From Ptychomitrium polyphyllum (lineage: Eukaryota): 64,000 nt of DNA. The notes beneath the pieces were generated by a model that worked only from the letters and a program-made list of their open reading frames with translations, was not told the DNA's origin and made no database searches. The DNA lies in assembly GCA_973851085.1 (NCBI GenBank), contig OZ316775.1:17050001-17114000 (forward strand), in the 5' to 3' direction. The position numbers and the translations under genes are program-made. This document shows, one piece after another, positions 26,801-38,478 of this stretch (position 1 is its first letter; every line of letters begins with the position of its first letter).

Positions 26801-29800
26801 AGACTTGTGATGAAGTCCATGGACACGCTATGCCATGGACTCGGTGGAATTGGCAAAGGTTGTAGTAGACCGGCTTGCTTTTGATAAGAGGCCCTATTGA
26901 GTTGGCACTTCACACAAGTTTTCACAAAGTCGGTGATGTCTACTTTCATGCCCGGCCAATAGTACCTTCTTAGCACCGTCGCTATGGTGGTTTTTTCCCT
27001 TTTATGGCCGGCTATGGGACTATCATGTTCTTCTTTCAAAACCAACAACCGTAGTTTTCCTTGAGGCACATACACCCGACTTTGTTTGTACTTGAGCAAT
27101 CCCTTCTCCAAATAAATTTCCTTAAGTTTCTTACCCTTCTTAAGCTCACCGAAAAGCCTTTGTGCTTCGGAGTCCTTCATGTACCCCTCTCTTATCTTCC
27201 TTTGCAAATTGCCTTCTTTCTTGTATATTATTTGCAGGACTTGGGTTGTGCCCATCGCTTGCAACTCCTCCCGCCTACTTAGAGCATCCGGCACTATATT
27301 GTCACGCTCTGGCTTGTGGATCAAATCCACATTCATGAGTGCCAAGGTGTCATGCCACCTCAATTACTTTGTACTCATTTGTGCTTGTGACTCAAAGTAC
27401 TTCAAGGACACGTTGTCCGTGTAGACTTTGGTTTTATGTAGGCCCAAGTAGTGCCACCATGTTTTCAAACAATGCACTACGGCAAAGAGGTCTTTCTCAT
27501 GCGTGGGCCACCTCTTTTGGCACCCATCCAACTTCATGCTCTCATAGGCAATTGGCATGCCTTCTTGCATGACCACTCCGCCAATGGCAAAGTCACTTGC
27601 ATTCGTGTGGACCTCAAAGGGCTTTTCAAACTCGCGAAACTTTAATACCAACGGTTGTGACAACTTATCTTTGAGTTCCTTAAAATCTTGGTGACAAAAT
27701 TCATCCCATATTTGGCTAGCTCTTTTCTTCAACAAGTCGGACAAAGGTCTAGCAATATTGGAGAAATTGCGTATGAACCTCCTACAATAATTTGCTAGGC
27801 CGAGAAATGATCTCAGCCCTTTTTGTGTAGAAGGTTGTTTCCACTCTCTAATTGCCTTTATCTTCCTTATATCCGGCTTGATTCCATCATCCGTCACTAT
27901 ATGGCTCAAGAACTCAATCTCAAAATGAGCAAACTCACTCTTTTCTCCGCTGGCATATTGGTCCCTAAGTTTTTGAAGTACCACCATCGAGGTGCCTTGC
28001 ATGTTCCTCCGCCGACTTGGAGTACACCAAGATGTCATCAATGTAGACAATGACAAAGTCATCCATCTCTTCTTAAAAGATGGTATTCATGAGGGTCGTG
28101 AACGTCGAAGGAGCATTACACAACCCGAATGGCATCACCAAAAATTCATAGGACCCATACCTAGTGCGGCATGCGGTCTTTGGCACATCTTCATCCGCAA
28201 TGCAGATTTGATAGTAGCCCAACTTCAAGTCTATCCGACTAAAGTATTTAGCTCCCGCCAATCTATCAAAGAGATCATCAATCCGAGGCAAAGGATAGTT
28301 GTTCTTGATGGTGGCTTTATTCAAGGCTCTATAGTTGACACACATGCAGAGCTTGCCATCTTTTTTGTCCACGAAGAGGACCGGTGCTCCATATGGCGAC
28401 TTACTTGGCCTAATATAGCCTCTTTCCAACAAGTCATTCAATTGCTTCTTCAATTCCTCTAGCTCTTTTTGGTTCAACCGGTATGGAGCCTTGGAAGGGG
28501 GCTCCGTTTCCGGTATCACTTCAATTTTGTTATCTACTTCTCTTCTTGGCGATAGTTCTGCGGGCAGCTCATTGGTGAGCACATCCTTGTAACCACTTAG
28601 TACATTTTGAATGCACTTGGGAGTAGTTCTTACCTCCTTGGCACTTGGCCTATTCCCTTTGTCTTGTTCCATTTGCATCACAACCACAAATTGGTTATTC
28701 TCTAATTGATCTAAGGAGACTAAGTTCAACTTTCCTCCCGCAACCATAGGAGTCCTTGTCAACTTCAATATTGCCTCCTTCCCACCACGGCGCACTACTA
28801 ATCGTGCTGGCTTTCGCTTCACATCCACCACATGAGTTTCAAAAAAGGTATCACCTAAAATGAGATCTACCTCATCCATCTTACATAGTGTAAAACTTTC
28901 CTTCAACTCCAATGTCCCACTACTTAAGGCCACATCCAACACCACTTCCTTTGTCTTGTACAATTTGCCTTTTGCAAATCGCACGTTGATGGGCTTGCTA
29001 GCTTTTTGAGCCAACAAGCCCAACTCCTTTGCTAGCTTGGAACTCATGAAGGAGTGTGTTGCCCCTGTGTCAATCAAACATGAGACAGTTTTGCCATTTA
29101 TTTGGGCCCCAAGGTGTAAGAGACTCGACCTTGGCTTAAGGCTACTAGCCTTAGCCACAAATCCACCTTCTAAAATGTGATCCACAATACAAGTGTGACA
29201 AGTTTTGGTACTCACCTTTTTATTGAGGCACTCTGCAATGAAGTGACCAATCTTGCCACAGCCGTGGCAACGCTTGTCCTTCACCTTAGCACCCTTATCT
29301 CCCAATTTGAATGGTTTTTTCTCATGATGGTCTACTTTGTTGTAGGCCCTTCTATCTACTTGTCCCTTGTATTTGTTTCCAAAGCCAAATTTCTTGCGTT
29401 CTCCGCCGCAAGATACATTTTGGCTCAATCCACTTTGTTGAGAGGGACCACTTGATTTTCTTTCGGATCCGTCGGCTTGAATTCTTTCCGCAATCTTAAC
29501 AATTCCCGCCAAGTCCTCCGGAGGCTTTGGAAACTTGAATAAGCATCCACCACCCACTTTTGAAGCCCATTCAAAAAGATGCATTTCTTTGAAAACTCAT
29601 CCATTTTGAATGTGGCATTCATTTGGGCGTTGAAATCTCGCACATAAATCTTGAGCGACCCGGTGTGCCTCATTTGCACCAAGTTCATGCCCTCCCTCAA
29701 TTCTTGGTATTTCGGAGAGAAGCGTTCATTTAAAATCTCTTTGAAACCGACCCAAGACAAAGTTGCCACCAACTCTGGCTCTTGCTCCTTTTTACTTGTC

Positions 29801-31532
29801 CACCATTGAAGAGCATGGTTTTTTAGAAAGGCCACCGCAATTGAAACCTTTTCCAACTCGTCCGGCTTTTGAACATCATAATAGTTGTCCATTTCCAAAA
29901 GAAATACCTTCACCTTCCTTGCTTTACCTAGCCCAGAAAAAGTGCTTGGCATATTCACCTTGGCCAACTTCTTGGTTGACGATGGGGGCCTGGAACCTTG
30001 TGCCATCAAGTGCTCAATCAACTTCTCTTGACGGGCCCTTTCTTCTTTGCCACGCTTGAGTTTTTGATTCACACCGTCCATGAACTTAAGCATTTTCATG
30101 CAAAAACTCAAGTCCTGACCTTCTAGGCCCTCAGGTGGTTTATGAATCCTAGCTCTTGAGTACTCTCCACCCTCTATTGCTTCGTCTTGTTGAGTTTCCT
30201 CAACTTCCTCGGTGACTCCAATGTCATTTTCTTGCTCATTTGAATCAAAGGATGGAGCTTCATTAATCGGATCGGGGTCTTTGTTCACCCTTGTGCGTAG
30301 TCGTTTAGAGGCCCCGAGCTCTCCGGCATCACCGGCCTTCTTCTTACCCATTGCTTCCTCGCAATGTAGTACTTGGATACTCAAAGCCTGCACTGATACC
30401 AAATGTCGCAACCCTTGTAATATACCTTAGCAAGCGTCACGCGCGTCAACCCTATACACCTCCACATGCACATGGTTAACTCCCATTCTCACTTTCCAAA
30501 TCTCTCTACCATTTTTCTTAGGACACCCAATTGATTGGTAGCCAATGGTTAGGTGCGGACTTCCATTCATATCCAAGGCCTCACTTGGTGTTACTCCCAT
30601 TCCACACGGCCTAACCGCACTTAGTGGTGCCTCCTCACCACCACTCATGATCCCCATGTGATCCAAAGATCACCCCAAGCCATCATGGTGCCAACGTGAA
30701 GACACCACCCCAACTTAGTGGTAACAAGCGTGCCTTCTTGATCTCACTAGTTGCCTTTGTAAAACCGGTCATCCACCGGCTCACAATGGTGTGGGAGTCC
30801 CCGTGGTGAAGCCCCAACACTAGTTCCACCAACCGGGGCTCACCCTTGATTCGTACCGGGACACTAGAGGAGTGGGGAGGGGGACCAGTTCTCCCGTATA
30901 CTACTCTTTGTGGAATTTGGCAGGCCCCCTGGCCCTCTGTAGTTGGCTGAACCCCGACACACCTAAAGTTTTGGAAGACCATCCGATCTCCCTTGGAACT
31001 TAGCCGCTGGAAGCCTCCGGAACTCCCTACGGACCTTCAGGGAGCCATATCTTCCTCATTTGGTACCCGGATGTATTGAAAAACCATTCTATTGTCATCT
31101 ACTCTTTGCGTAGATGTTGATAGACTCCTCAAACGTCCAATTTGAGATAGTATTGTAGAAGATACGCCTCTCCCAAGGTTCGAGATTCCCGGGGAGTCCC
31201 TCACTGGACTGTCCTAGTCCAGTACAGTCACTGTGTAGGGCTGCCACAGTCAAGAACAGCCCTTTGGCAACTTCAACTTTGGGATGCCATAACTTTTAGC
31301 TCCCATATCCGATTCGGGCAATCTTTAGCATTTTAGAATCAGCTCTTTGTGATTCCTCCAATGCCCACGATTTATCTCTTGTGGCCTTTGGTCTACATGG
31401 GCAAGGATGTTTCTTCCTCTAGGGGAGCTTCCCACGCTAGGCCCACTTGGTTCTCCTCACTATTGGCGCCACAAGTCCCGAACGTCACTCCGGGGTTCTC
31501 TTTGTACCCTTAGTGTTTCAAGCACTTCTGAA
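23801..31532 (-). mobile_element. Ty3/gypsy chromovirus (family D), copy 1, non-functional. 3' LTR 25696-23801 and truncated 5' LTR ~31545-30404
   Basis: Mirror image of 38479-46210 (coordinates sum to 70011). Contains gag (29425-30411), knuckle/PR/RT (28073-29584), RT/RH (27364-28062), IN (26065-27363) and chromodomain (25735-26061). Confidence 0.97.
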
Positions 31533-31554
31533 ACAGAGTTGCGTTACAGGACAA

Positions 31555-31988
31555 GACCGGGTTGGTGGAACTAGTATTGAGCTTCACCATAGAGACTTCC
31601 ACACCATAGTGAGCTTGTGGATGACCGGTTTCATTAAGGGAGCTATTGAGAGAACAAGGGCACGCTTGTTACCACTAAGTGGGGTGGTGTCTTCACGCCG
31701 GCACCATGATGGCCCAAGGTAATCTTAAGATTGCATGGGGTTCATAAGTGGTGGTTAGGAGACACCAGTAAGTGCGGTTTGGCGGTGTGGAATGGAAGTA
31801 ACACCAAGTGAGGGCTTGGGCATAAATGAAGTTTCGGACCTAACCATTGGCTACCAATCAATTAGGTGTCCTAAGAAAAATGGTAGAGGGACTTGGAGAG
31901 TGAAAATGGAGATTAACTATGTGCATGTGGGGGTGTATAGGGTTGACGCGCGAGACGTTTGTTAAAGTGCATTACAAAAGTTGCGACA
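31555..31988 (+). mobile_element. Diverged 3' fragment of a family D LTR in the opposite orientation
   Basis: Homologous to 39175-39607 and ends ...AAAGTTGCGACA. Confidence 0.85.
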
Positions 31989-32118
31989 TGCTTGGTTTAC
32001 TATAACAACCATCAAAAGTAGATTGTCTTTAATAACATTACCAAATACAAGATGTCAGCTTAAATTAATCTTTGTTATATGAAAAGCCAATTTATATCTG
32101 ATAGTTCTACGTAGGGTA

Positions 32119-33707
32119 TGTGAAAGCCAGAGATCTGGCTTAATTGGTCAATTTTCATCAATGGTTACTTTTTAGCATTAGTTGCTAAGAAATTATCTTT
32201 TTTATTAGTATTAATCAAAATTATTGTAATGACTAACTAAGCTCAAGGGTGGCTCAAGGATGATTAGGCTATTTAGGTCCATGAAAAATATCAAAAAATC
32301 ATAGAAATTATTATTTATGGCAAAGAAATGAATTAATGATTAGACTTAATTAGTATTTTTGAATGATTAATCACTAGGGATTACGGTTAGATTAGCAAAC
32401 TGAACAAGGAGGTTCTATAGGAATTTCTTCCAACTAAAAGCTTTGAAGTACACTTGCTATAATCAGATGCAAACAAAGTACAAAAAGAAAATAAAAAAAC
32501 ATTGCACATAGTTAGAACCAAGTTAAAAATAGGCTATAAAAATTAAAATAACAAGTTAGTATTTAGTTAGTGGAAACTTAGATGAATTGGCTGAACTCAA
32601 TTGTAAGTAGGTTGGAACATAAGTCAAATTAGTATGATCATCTAAGTTAGTGCAAGGAATTAGAAGTGGTTGAGGTTGGTTAAGAGTCCACCTTGTCATT
32701 GAGATAAGGCAACTTAGTCTAAAATAAGGTGCTGGAATTCAAGAGTTAAAGCACAAAACTAAGACATACAAAGGTGGCCAAGGAAGAAAGAGCAGAGAAG
32801 AAGGAGAAGAAAGTGAAGGTGAAAGTGAGGAATGCCGATACTTTGACGGAAAATTGCAAACAAAAAATTAGTTATGATAGTAGATTTTTGTGAAAAAGAA
32901 GAAGAAGAAGTAAGGATTCTAACAAGCTAAAGATTGCCTAATTCTAATACCGGATGAGGCTGTGGCGGCGTTTTTAGTAAAAGGAGGTTGGCTATCGTCG
33001 CAGCTCAAGATACTCAACTCCAAACGGATCATCACGCATACAACTCCAAACAGCACAAGAGTTAATAAAGAAGGTAAATCAAGTTGTGAAAATTCTATAC
33101 ATACTAAGATCACAAATTTGGAGATATAACGCGTAACTGGCGGCTAATTTGGTGCGACAAGGTCTACAGTCAGCAATTTCATTGCGCTTACTTAAGGTTG
33201 AAACTTGCTCTTAGATTTTGGTTGTTTTCTCTATTATATTTAGATATTGGTTTTTGAAGTTTTGGAAGAAGTCAGATCCAATAGTTGCGGTTCAATAGAC
33301 ACAAAGATCACAAGATTTGAAGCTGTGAAGCACTTGTGGCATCCAATTTGATATGAGGGGGTTTTGCTACCTTGAGCAAAAAGTGTTGTGAGGTTGATTA
33401 GGATAATAGTTTAGTGGCTAGTGGTTTGGACCACTAAATAACGGAAAATACCTTTTCAGATTAGGGCCAATTAATTCACTAAAGCCTTCTAGCATATGAA
33501 GTCATTAGAGTTGTAGTAAACAAGTATTAATTTAGCACATAACTATTTTACTTTATTTCTAATTACATGTTCACTAATGAAGAAGAAGACTTGAGCAGCT
33601 ACAAATTTGATTCTAATCTAATCAAATCTGACCTTGGACCACAATGCAACCTAAATAACTATAGTCTAATGAAAATTGTGTGAATGAAATTGGCCTTTCA
33701 TATAGCG
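32119..33707 (+). mobile_element. Full-length family C LTR (~1.59 kb) inserted into an opposite-strand family C LTR
   Basis: Starts TGTGAAAGCC, matches 47966-49555 in length and sequence, and is followed by TGGATTAATTTAGG (PBS-position motif shared with the 47950-47965 copy). Host LTR pieces are at 32073-32118 and ~33730-34200. Confidence 0.8.
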
Positions 33708-34200
33708 TGGATTAATTTAGGATCAGACCATGGTTACTTAAGTAATATTTTAATCCAAGGTCAAATTTAATTAGATTAGAATCAAATTCGTAGCTGTTCA
33801 AGTCTTCTTCTTCATTAGTGAATATGTAATTAGAAGTAAAGTAAAATAGTTATGTGCTAAATTAATACTTGTTTACTACAACTCTAATGACTTCATATAC
33901 TAGAAGGCTTTAGTGAATTAATTGGCCCTAATCTAAAAAGGTATTTTCCGTTATTTAGTGGTCCAAACTACTAGCCACTAAACTATTACCCTAATCAACC
34001 TCACAACACTTTTTGCTCAAGGTAGCAAGACCCCCTCATATCAAATTGGATGCCATGAGTGCTTTACAGCTTCAAATCTTGTGATCTTTGTGTCTATTGA
34101 ACCGCAACTATTGGATCTGACTTCTTTCAAAACTTCAAAATCCGGTATCCAAAGATAATAGAAAAAACAATTAAAATTTGAGGGCAAGATTCAACCCTAA
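33193..34200. repeat. Inverted repeat (hairpin): arms ~33193-33638 and ~33753-34200, loop ~115 bp
   Basis: Direct reverse-complement match, e.g. TAACGGAAAATACCTTTT...AGCCTTCTAG...GAAGTCATTAGAGTTGTAGTAAACAAGTATTAATTTAGCACATAACTATTTTACTTTA versus its complement at 33835-33955. Confidence 0.92.
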
Positions 34201-34212
34201 ATTTTCACGAAT

Positions 34213-35810
34213 ATATATCTTAGAAGCTTCTAGAAAGGTTTTTGGAAGACTTAGGAAACTTTCAAAGAAGTTACTTTGGATTCAGAAAGCTTCTAAGGAA
34301 GTTGCTTTGATTGGAGAAACTTCCAAGGAAGATATCCTTGGGTTAGGAAGCTTCCAAGGAAGTTATCTCGACTGAGGAAGCTTTTGGAGAAGCAACTCAA
34401 GGTTGCTTGAATGCAAAGCAATGTAGCTAAAGCTTCTCAAGAAACTTCCAAGGCTTGTAGTTTTGGTATATATAAGAGTCGTGGCTGGAGACCTCTTCAA
34501 TCTCCACAATGCATCTCTTGTGGTTTAGCTCAGACTTTTTGGCCTTGTCTTTTGTACCTTATTGTAGCTCTATGCTTCTAATATACTTAGACTTATCTTG
34601 TTTCACATCTTGAAATCTTGAAGCCTTGTCTTGTGGATACTCTCTTTGTAACAATTTGTAAGGACTATAATCCAACAATATCAGATTTTAGTCTTTCTTA
34701 AAAGAGAACAGATCACCCCTTTCTTTCAAAAGCACTATACTACTCTAGAAGTTGCAGATTACCTTCTTCTAGACTGATATTTCTTTTTGAATTTTCTTTG
34801 GTTTCTTGCATAGTTAGTATTTTTTATTTACTCCCACTTCATTTCTATGCCAAGGGATGAAGAAGTCAATATGATTGATTCAAAAGAAACAAAGTTAGAT
34901 TCCATTATCAATGCCTTTGAAGCATTCAGAATCAAGAATAAGACGTTATCTAAGCAAAACAAAGAATTATATTTGACCATACACAATGGACAAGGATTAG
35001 AAACACCATAGTTGCTATCCCAAGTTAACTTAGGTGCTTCATCATCATCTAAACCTGATTTGATAGATGAAGGACAAGTTCAAGCCAGGATCTCAATGTC
35101 AACAACCAAAGAACCAAAAATGAGCCTTCTAAAGAAGCTTTTTTAATACGTGTTCAAAATTTTGAAACTTTATAAACGAAGTTTAATTTGTCACCATCCT
35201 TCAACCTCAATGGTATCCAATAGTCGCTTTGCGTGTTGGTTTGATAGGAATGTTGCTCTCAAGACAAGCATTGTTCTAGTTTGCATCACTTTTTGAAAAG
35301 AATTTTCCTATATTTAGCAACTTTAATGCGTTCCTAGCCATGTTTGCAAAATCATCTGATGACCATGATAAGCTTTGTTCTACAATTACTAAGATTTGTG
35401 TCTTGCACCAAGAGCCAGGCCCTATGTCAATTTATGCATTGGAATTTCGACAACTTGCATGCAACATCACTTGAAGAGAAGAAACGTTGATGAGTCAATT
35501 TCATTAGGGCGTATGCAAGAAGCTTAAGGATTTATTGCTATCCATGCCAGACCTCCACATACTTGATGAGGCCATCAACCAAGCTTTGAAGTGCAATAAT
35601 CATCTATATCAACATCAACAAGATAAACAGACTTTGACTATGCCTCGACCTTATACCAATTTTCTAGTAGCTGCAGCTCCAAGAACCTTCAATAAGTATT
35701 TGGAATCGGTAGCCGTGCAAACTGATGCAATTTGCTTCAAGTCCCTATCCAAACATAAGAAGAATGACAAAGGGGGTAAACATTGTGTTTATACTATAGA
35801 AAATCAATTG
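34213..35810 (+). mobile_element. Decayed family B gypsy: 5' LTR part (to 34653) and gag remnant
   Basis: The LTR matches the reverse complement of 21040-21426 (GCAACTCAAGGTTGCTTGA) and ends GTAACA. Gag remnants are KEPKMSL, YALEFRQLACNI and DEAINQALKCNNHLY. Confidence 0.8.
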
Positions 35811-38460
35811 CAAAGTGTGAAACATATTAAGAAATCATAGTTGATGTTTCCTTGTGTAGGACTAGAGCTTAATAGGTTGCCACAAATCAAAGGGGTATCA
35901 AGAAAGAAGCCATAGTGGATATGGAGGAAGATCACTTGGTAGTTATCAAAGATGGAGTTAGAATTGCCTAATTTTGAGGTTTTGCACATGTAGGTGCTTG
36001 GTTTGATGTGTTTGAGGTCTTTATAGGTTGTAGATGTTGAAACTCTTTGGATAGTGAATTGCTTTAAGTGATGATAAGACCTTGATAGTGTCTTTGTTGA
36101 AATTCAAGCTTTCTAACACCAACATATTGTGCTTGGTGTTGTTATCTTGTAAATTCATTGATAAGTGTGCTTATTGAGTGGACATAGTGAGTTGAAAAGC
36201 TTGTCTTTGGACTCATAGTTGTGGAGACTTGTGAGAAGTATAGGAATCAAGGAAATAGTTTGTTTGAAGGTACACTTTTTACCTCTCTTCTTAAGGCATG
36301 GCTTCAAGTAAAGGTGAAAATTTGAAGGTCATTCAAAAGTTTCATGGTAAAAACTTCTACCAATGGAAGGTTACGATGGAGCTCTCGTTGGCTTCTTTGA
36401 ACCTTAGGAACATCATAGATGAGAATGAGGTTGCTCCACCATTGCCAGAAAATGCAAAAGAGAGGAAGGAGTTCCAACAACGTAAACAGAAGGCATTGGC
36501 ATCCTTGCCACCAACCTTGATGATGCCAACTTTGCCCATATCATGACTTGCAAAGGACTAACAAAACCGTGGAAGACACTTTGCAACATCTATGAGAGCA
36601 AGAACTTCTCCAACATCATCTTCACAACAAAGAAGTTCTTGAACTGCAAGATGGAAGAAGGGCACAACCTCATGGCGCATGTCAACAAGTTGAAGGCCCT
36701 TGCAAGGCAACTTGTCATCGTGGACAAGCCATTGGAGGATTCAGATGTTGTGATTACATTGCTTATGAGCTTGCCGGAATACTATAGCTATCTCATAGTG
36801 ACATTGGAGTCCATTCCCATCAATGACCTCACTATGGAGTATGTGACAACAAGATTGAGCCACAAGGAGACCAAGAGGAAGGAGAAGGCGGCTTCAAGTG
36901 AGTATTCCGCCCTCTTCCTGAGGAAAGGTAAGGCCACCTACTCTAATCAACGTCCAAATCTTAGAACGTGCTTTGTGTGTGAAAACCAGGTCATTTTGCT
37001 CGAAATTGCTACAAGGCTAAGAGAGGAGAGAGGCAGGACGCCAACCATGTGATGGACCACCTTGGAGGTGGTGATTGTGCCTTCATGGCACGCAAAGGGG
37101 CACCTATGGCGGCCCTATCTAAGTGGATAGTTGATTTGGGCGCCACAAAACATATGACTCCTTTCAAGTGCTCATTCCATACTTATGAGGCAATCGCAGC
37201 CACTAGTATGCTCATGGGTGACAATGACGTGATCAAGGCCATTGAAATGGGTTCCATTGTGGTGGAGAATGTTGTAGGAGGCAAGATGAAAGAGGATCAC
37301 CTTCAAGGACGTGCTCCGTGTGCCAAAGGTGAAGTCCAACCTCCTCTCGGTGAGCAAACTTGTGATGGGAGGGTTTGTGATTCATTTCAATGTGAATGGA
37401 TGTATTGTGAAGTAATTGGGTGGAGATGTTGTTGCCACGGGGTTGAAGGATGGCAACTTGTACTTCATCAAGTTTAAAAAGGTGAATGGAGTGGAGGTGG
37501 CGGCCTTTGCTGAATTCACTTAAGATCAAGATAAATTTGGCATATGGCATGGCTGCCTTGGGTACTTTAATACAAAGGCCATGAAGGAGGTCTAAGGCAT
37601 GGTAAGCGGCTTGGATCTGGGTACAACATGCCACAAGGCCAAGGAACTCGCTTGTGAGGGTTGCATCCAAGGCAAGCAACAAAGGGCGTCGTTTCCAAGT
37701 AGGGTGGCAATTGGAGCAAGCACATTATTGGAGATTGTGCATTCTGATGTGTGCGGGCCTATGTAGACTCCATCCATGGAAGGCACAGGGTATTTCCTCA
37801 CCTTCATTAATGATGTTTTGAGGAAAGTGTGGGTGTTCATTTTCAAGGCCAAGAGTGAGTGCTTTGCAAGGTTCAAGGAATTCAAGGCGCTTATGGAGAA
37901 GCAATGTGAGTCCAAGATCAAAGCATTGCATTTGGATAATGGTAATGAGTTCTTATCTAAGCTTTTTGATGACTTCTTGAGGAATGCAGGCATTGTAAGG
38001 CAAACCTCTACTTCATACACTCCACAACAAAATGGAATTTTGAAAGGGCAAACCGCACCATTGTGGAGATAGCAAGGAGCATGCTTCATGCTCAATATCT
38101 TAGGCATGAGTTGTGAGCAAAAGCGATGGTGAATGCAGTATACACAAGAAATAGGTGCCCCACAAGTGCACTTGCATCCATAACCACTGAAGAAGCTTAG
38201 AAAGATAAGAAGCCTTGTATTTTGCACATCAAGACCTTTAGATGCCTTGCATATGCAAAGGTTTTAGATTGCATGAGGTCCAAGCTTGATGCAAGGGATA
38301 CAAAGTGTATATTCTTTAGTTATTGTAAGGGCAGCAAAGCGTATATGCTAATGTGTGTGGAGAACAAAGAGATCATTAAGAGTCGTGATGTTGCACATTT
38401 GGAGCACAAGAACGCTTTAAAGCACATGCGAATGTGTCTAAGTGGAAATAATGGTGTGGT
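35810..38460 (+). mobile_element. Decayed Ty1/copia element: probable 5' LTR, gag, protease and integrase, with no RT (truncated)
   Basis: KFHGKNFYQWK (copia gag N-terminus), UBN2-like ORF 36543-37052, CFVC...GH...C knuckle, WIVDLGATKHM protease, LEIVHSDVCGP, YFLTFIND, YTPQQNG and SH3-like RSKLDARDTKCIF. The domain order PR-IN is copia-type. LTR boundaries are approximate. Confidence 0.9.
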
Positions 38461-38478
38461 TCAGTTGCGCACCTCTAA

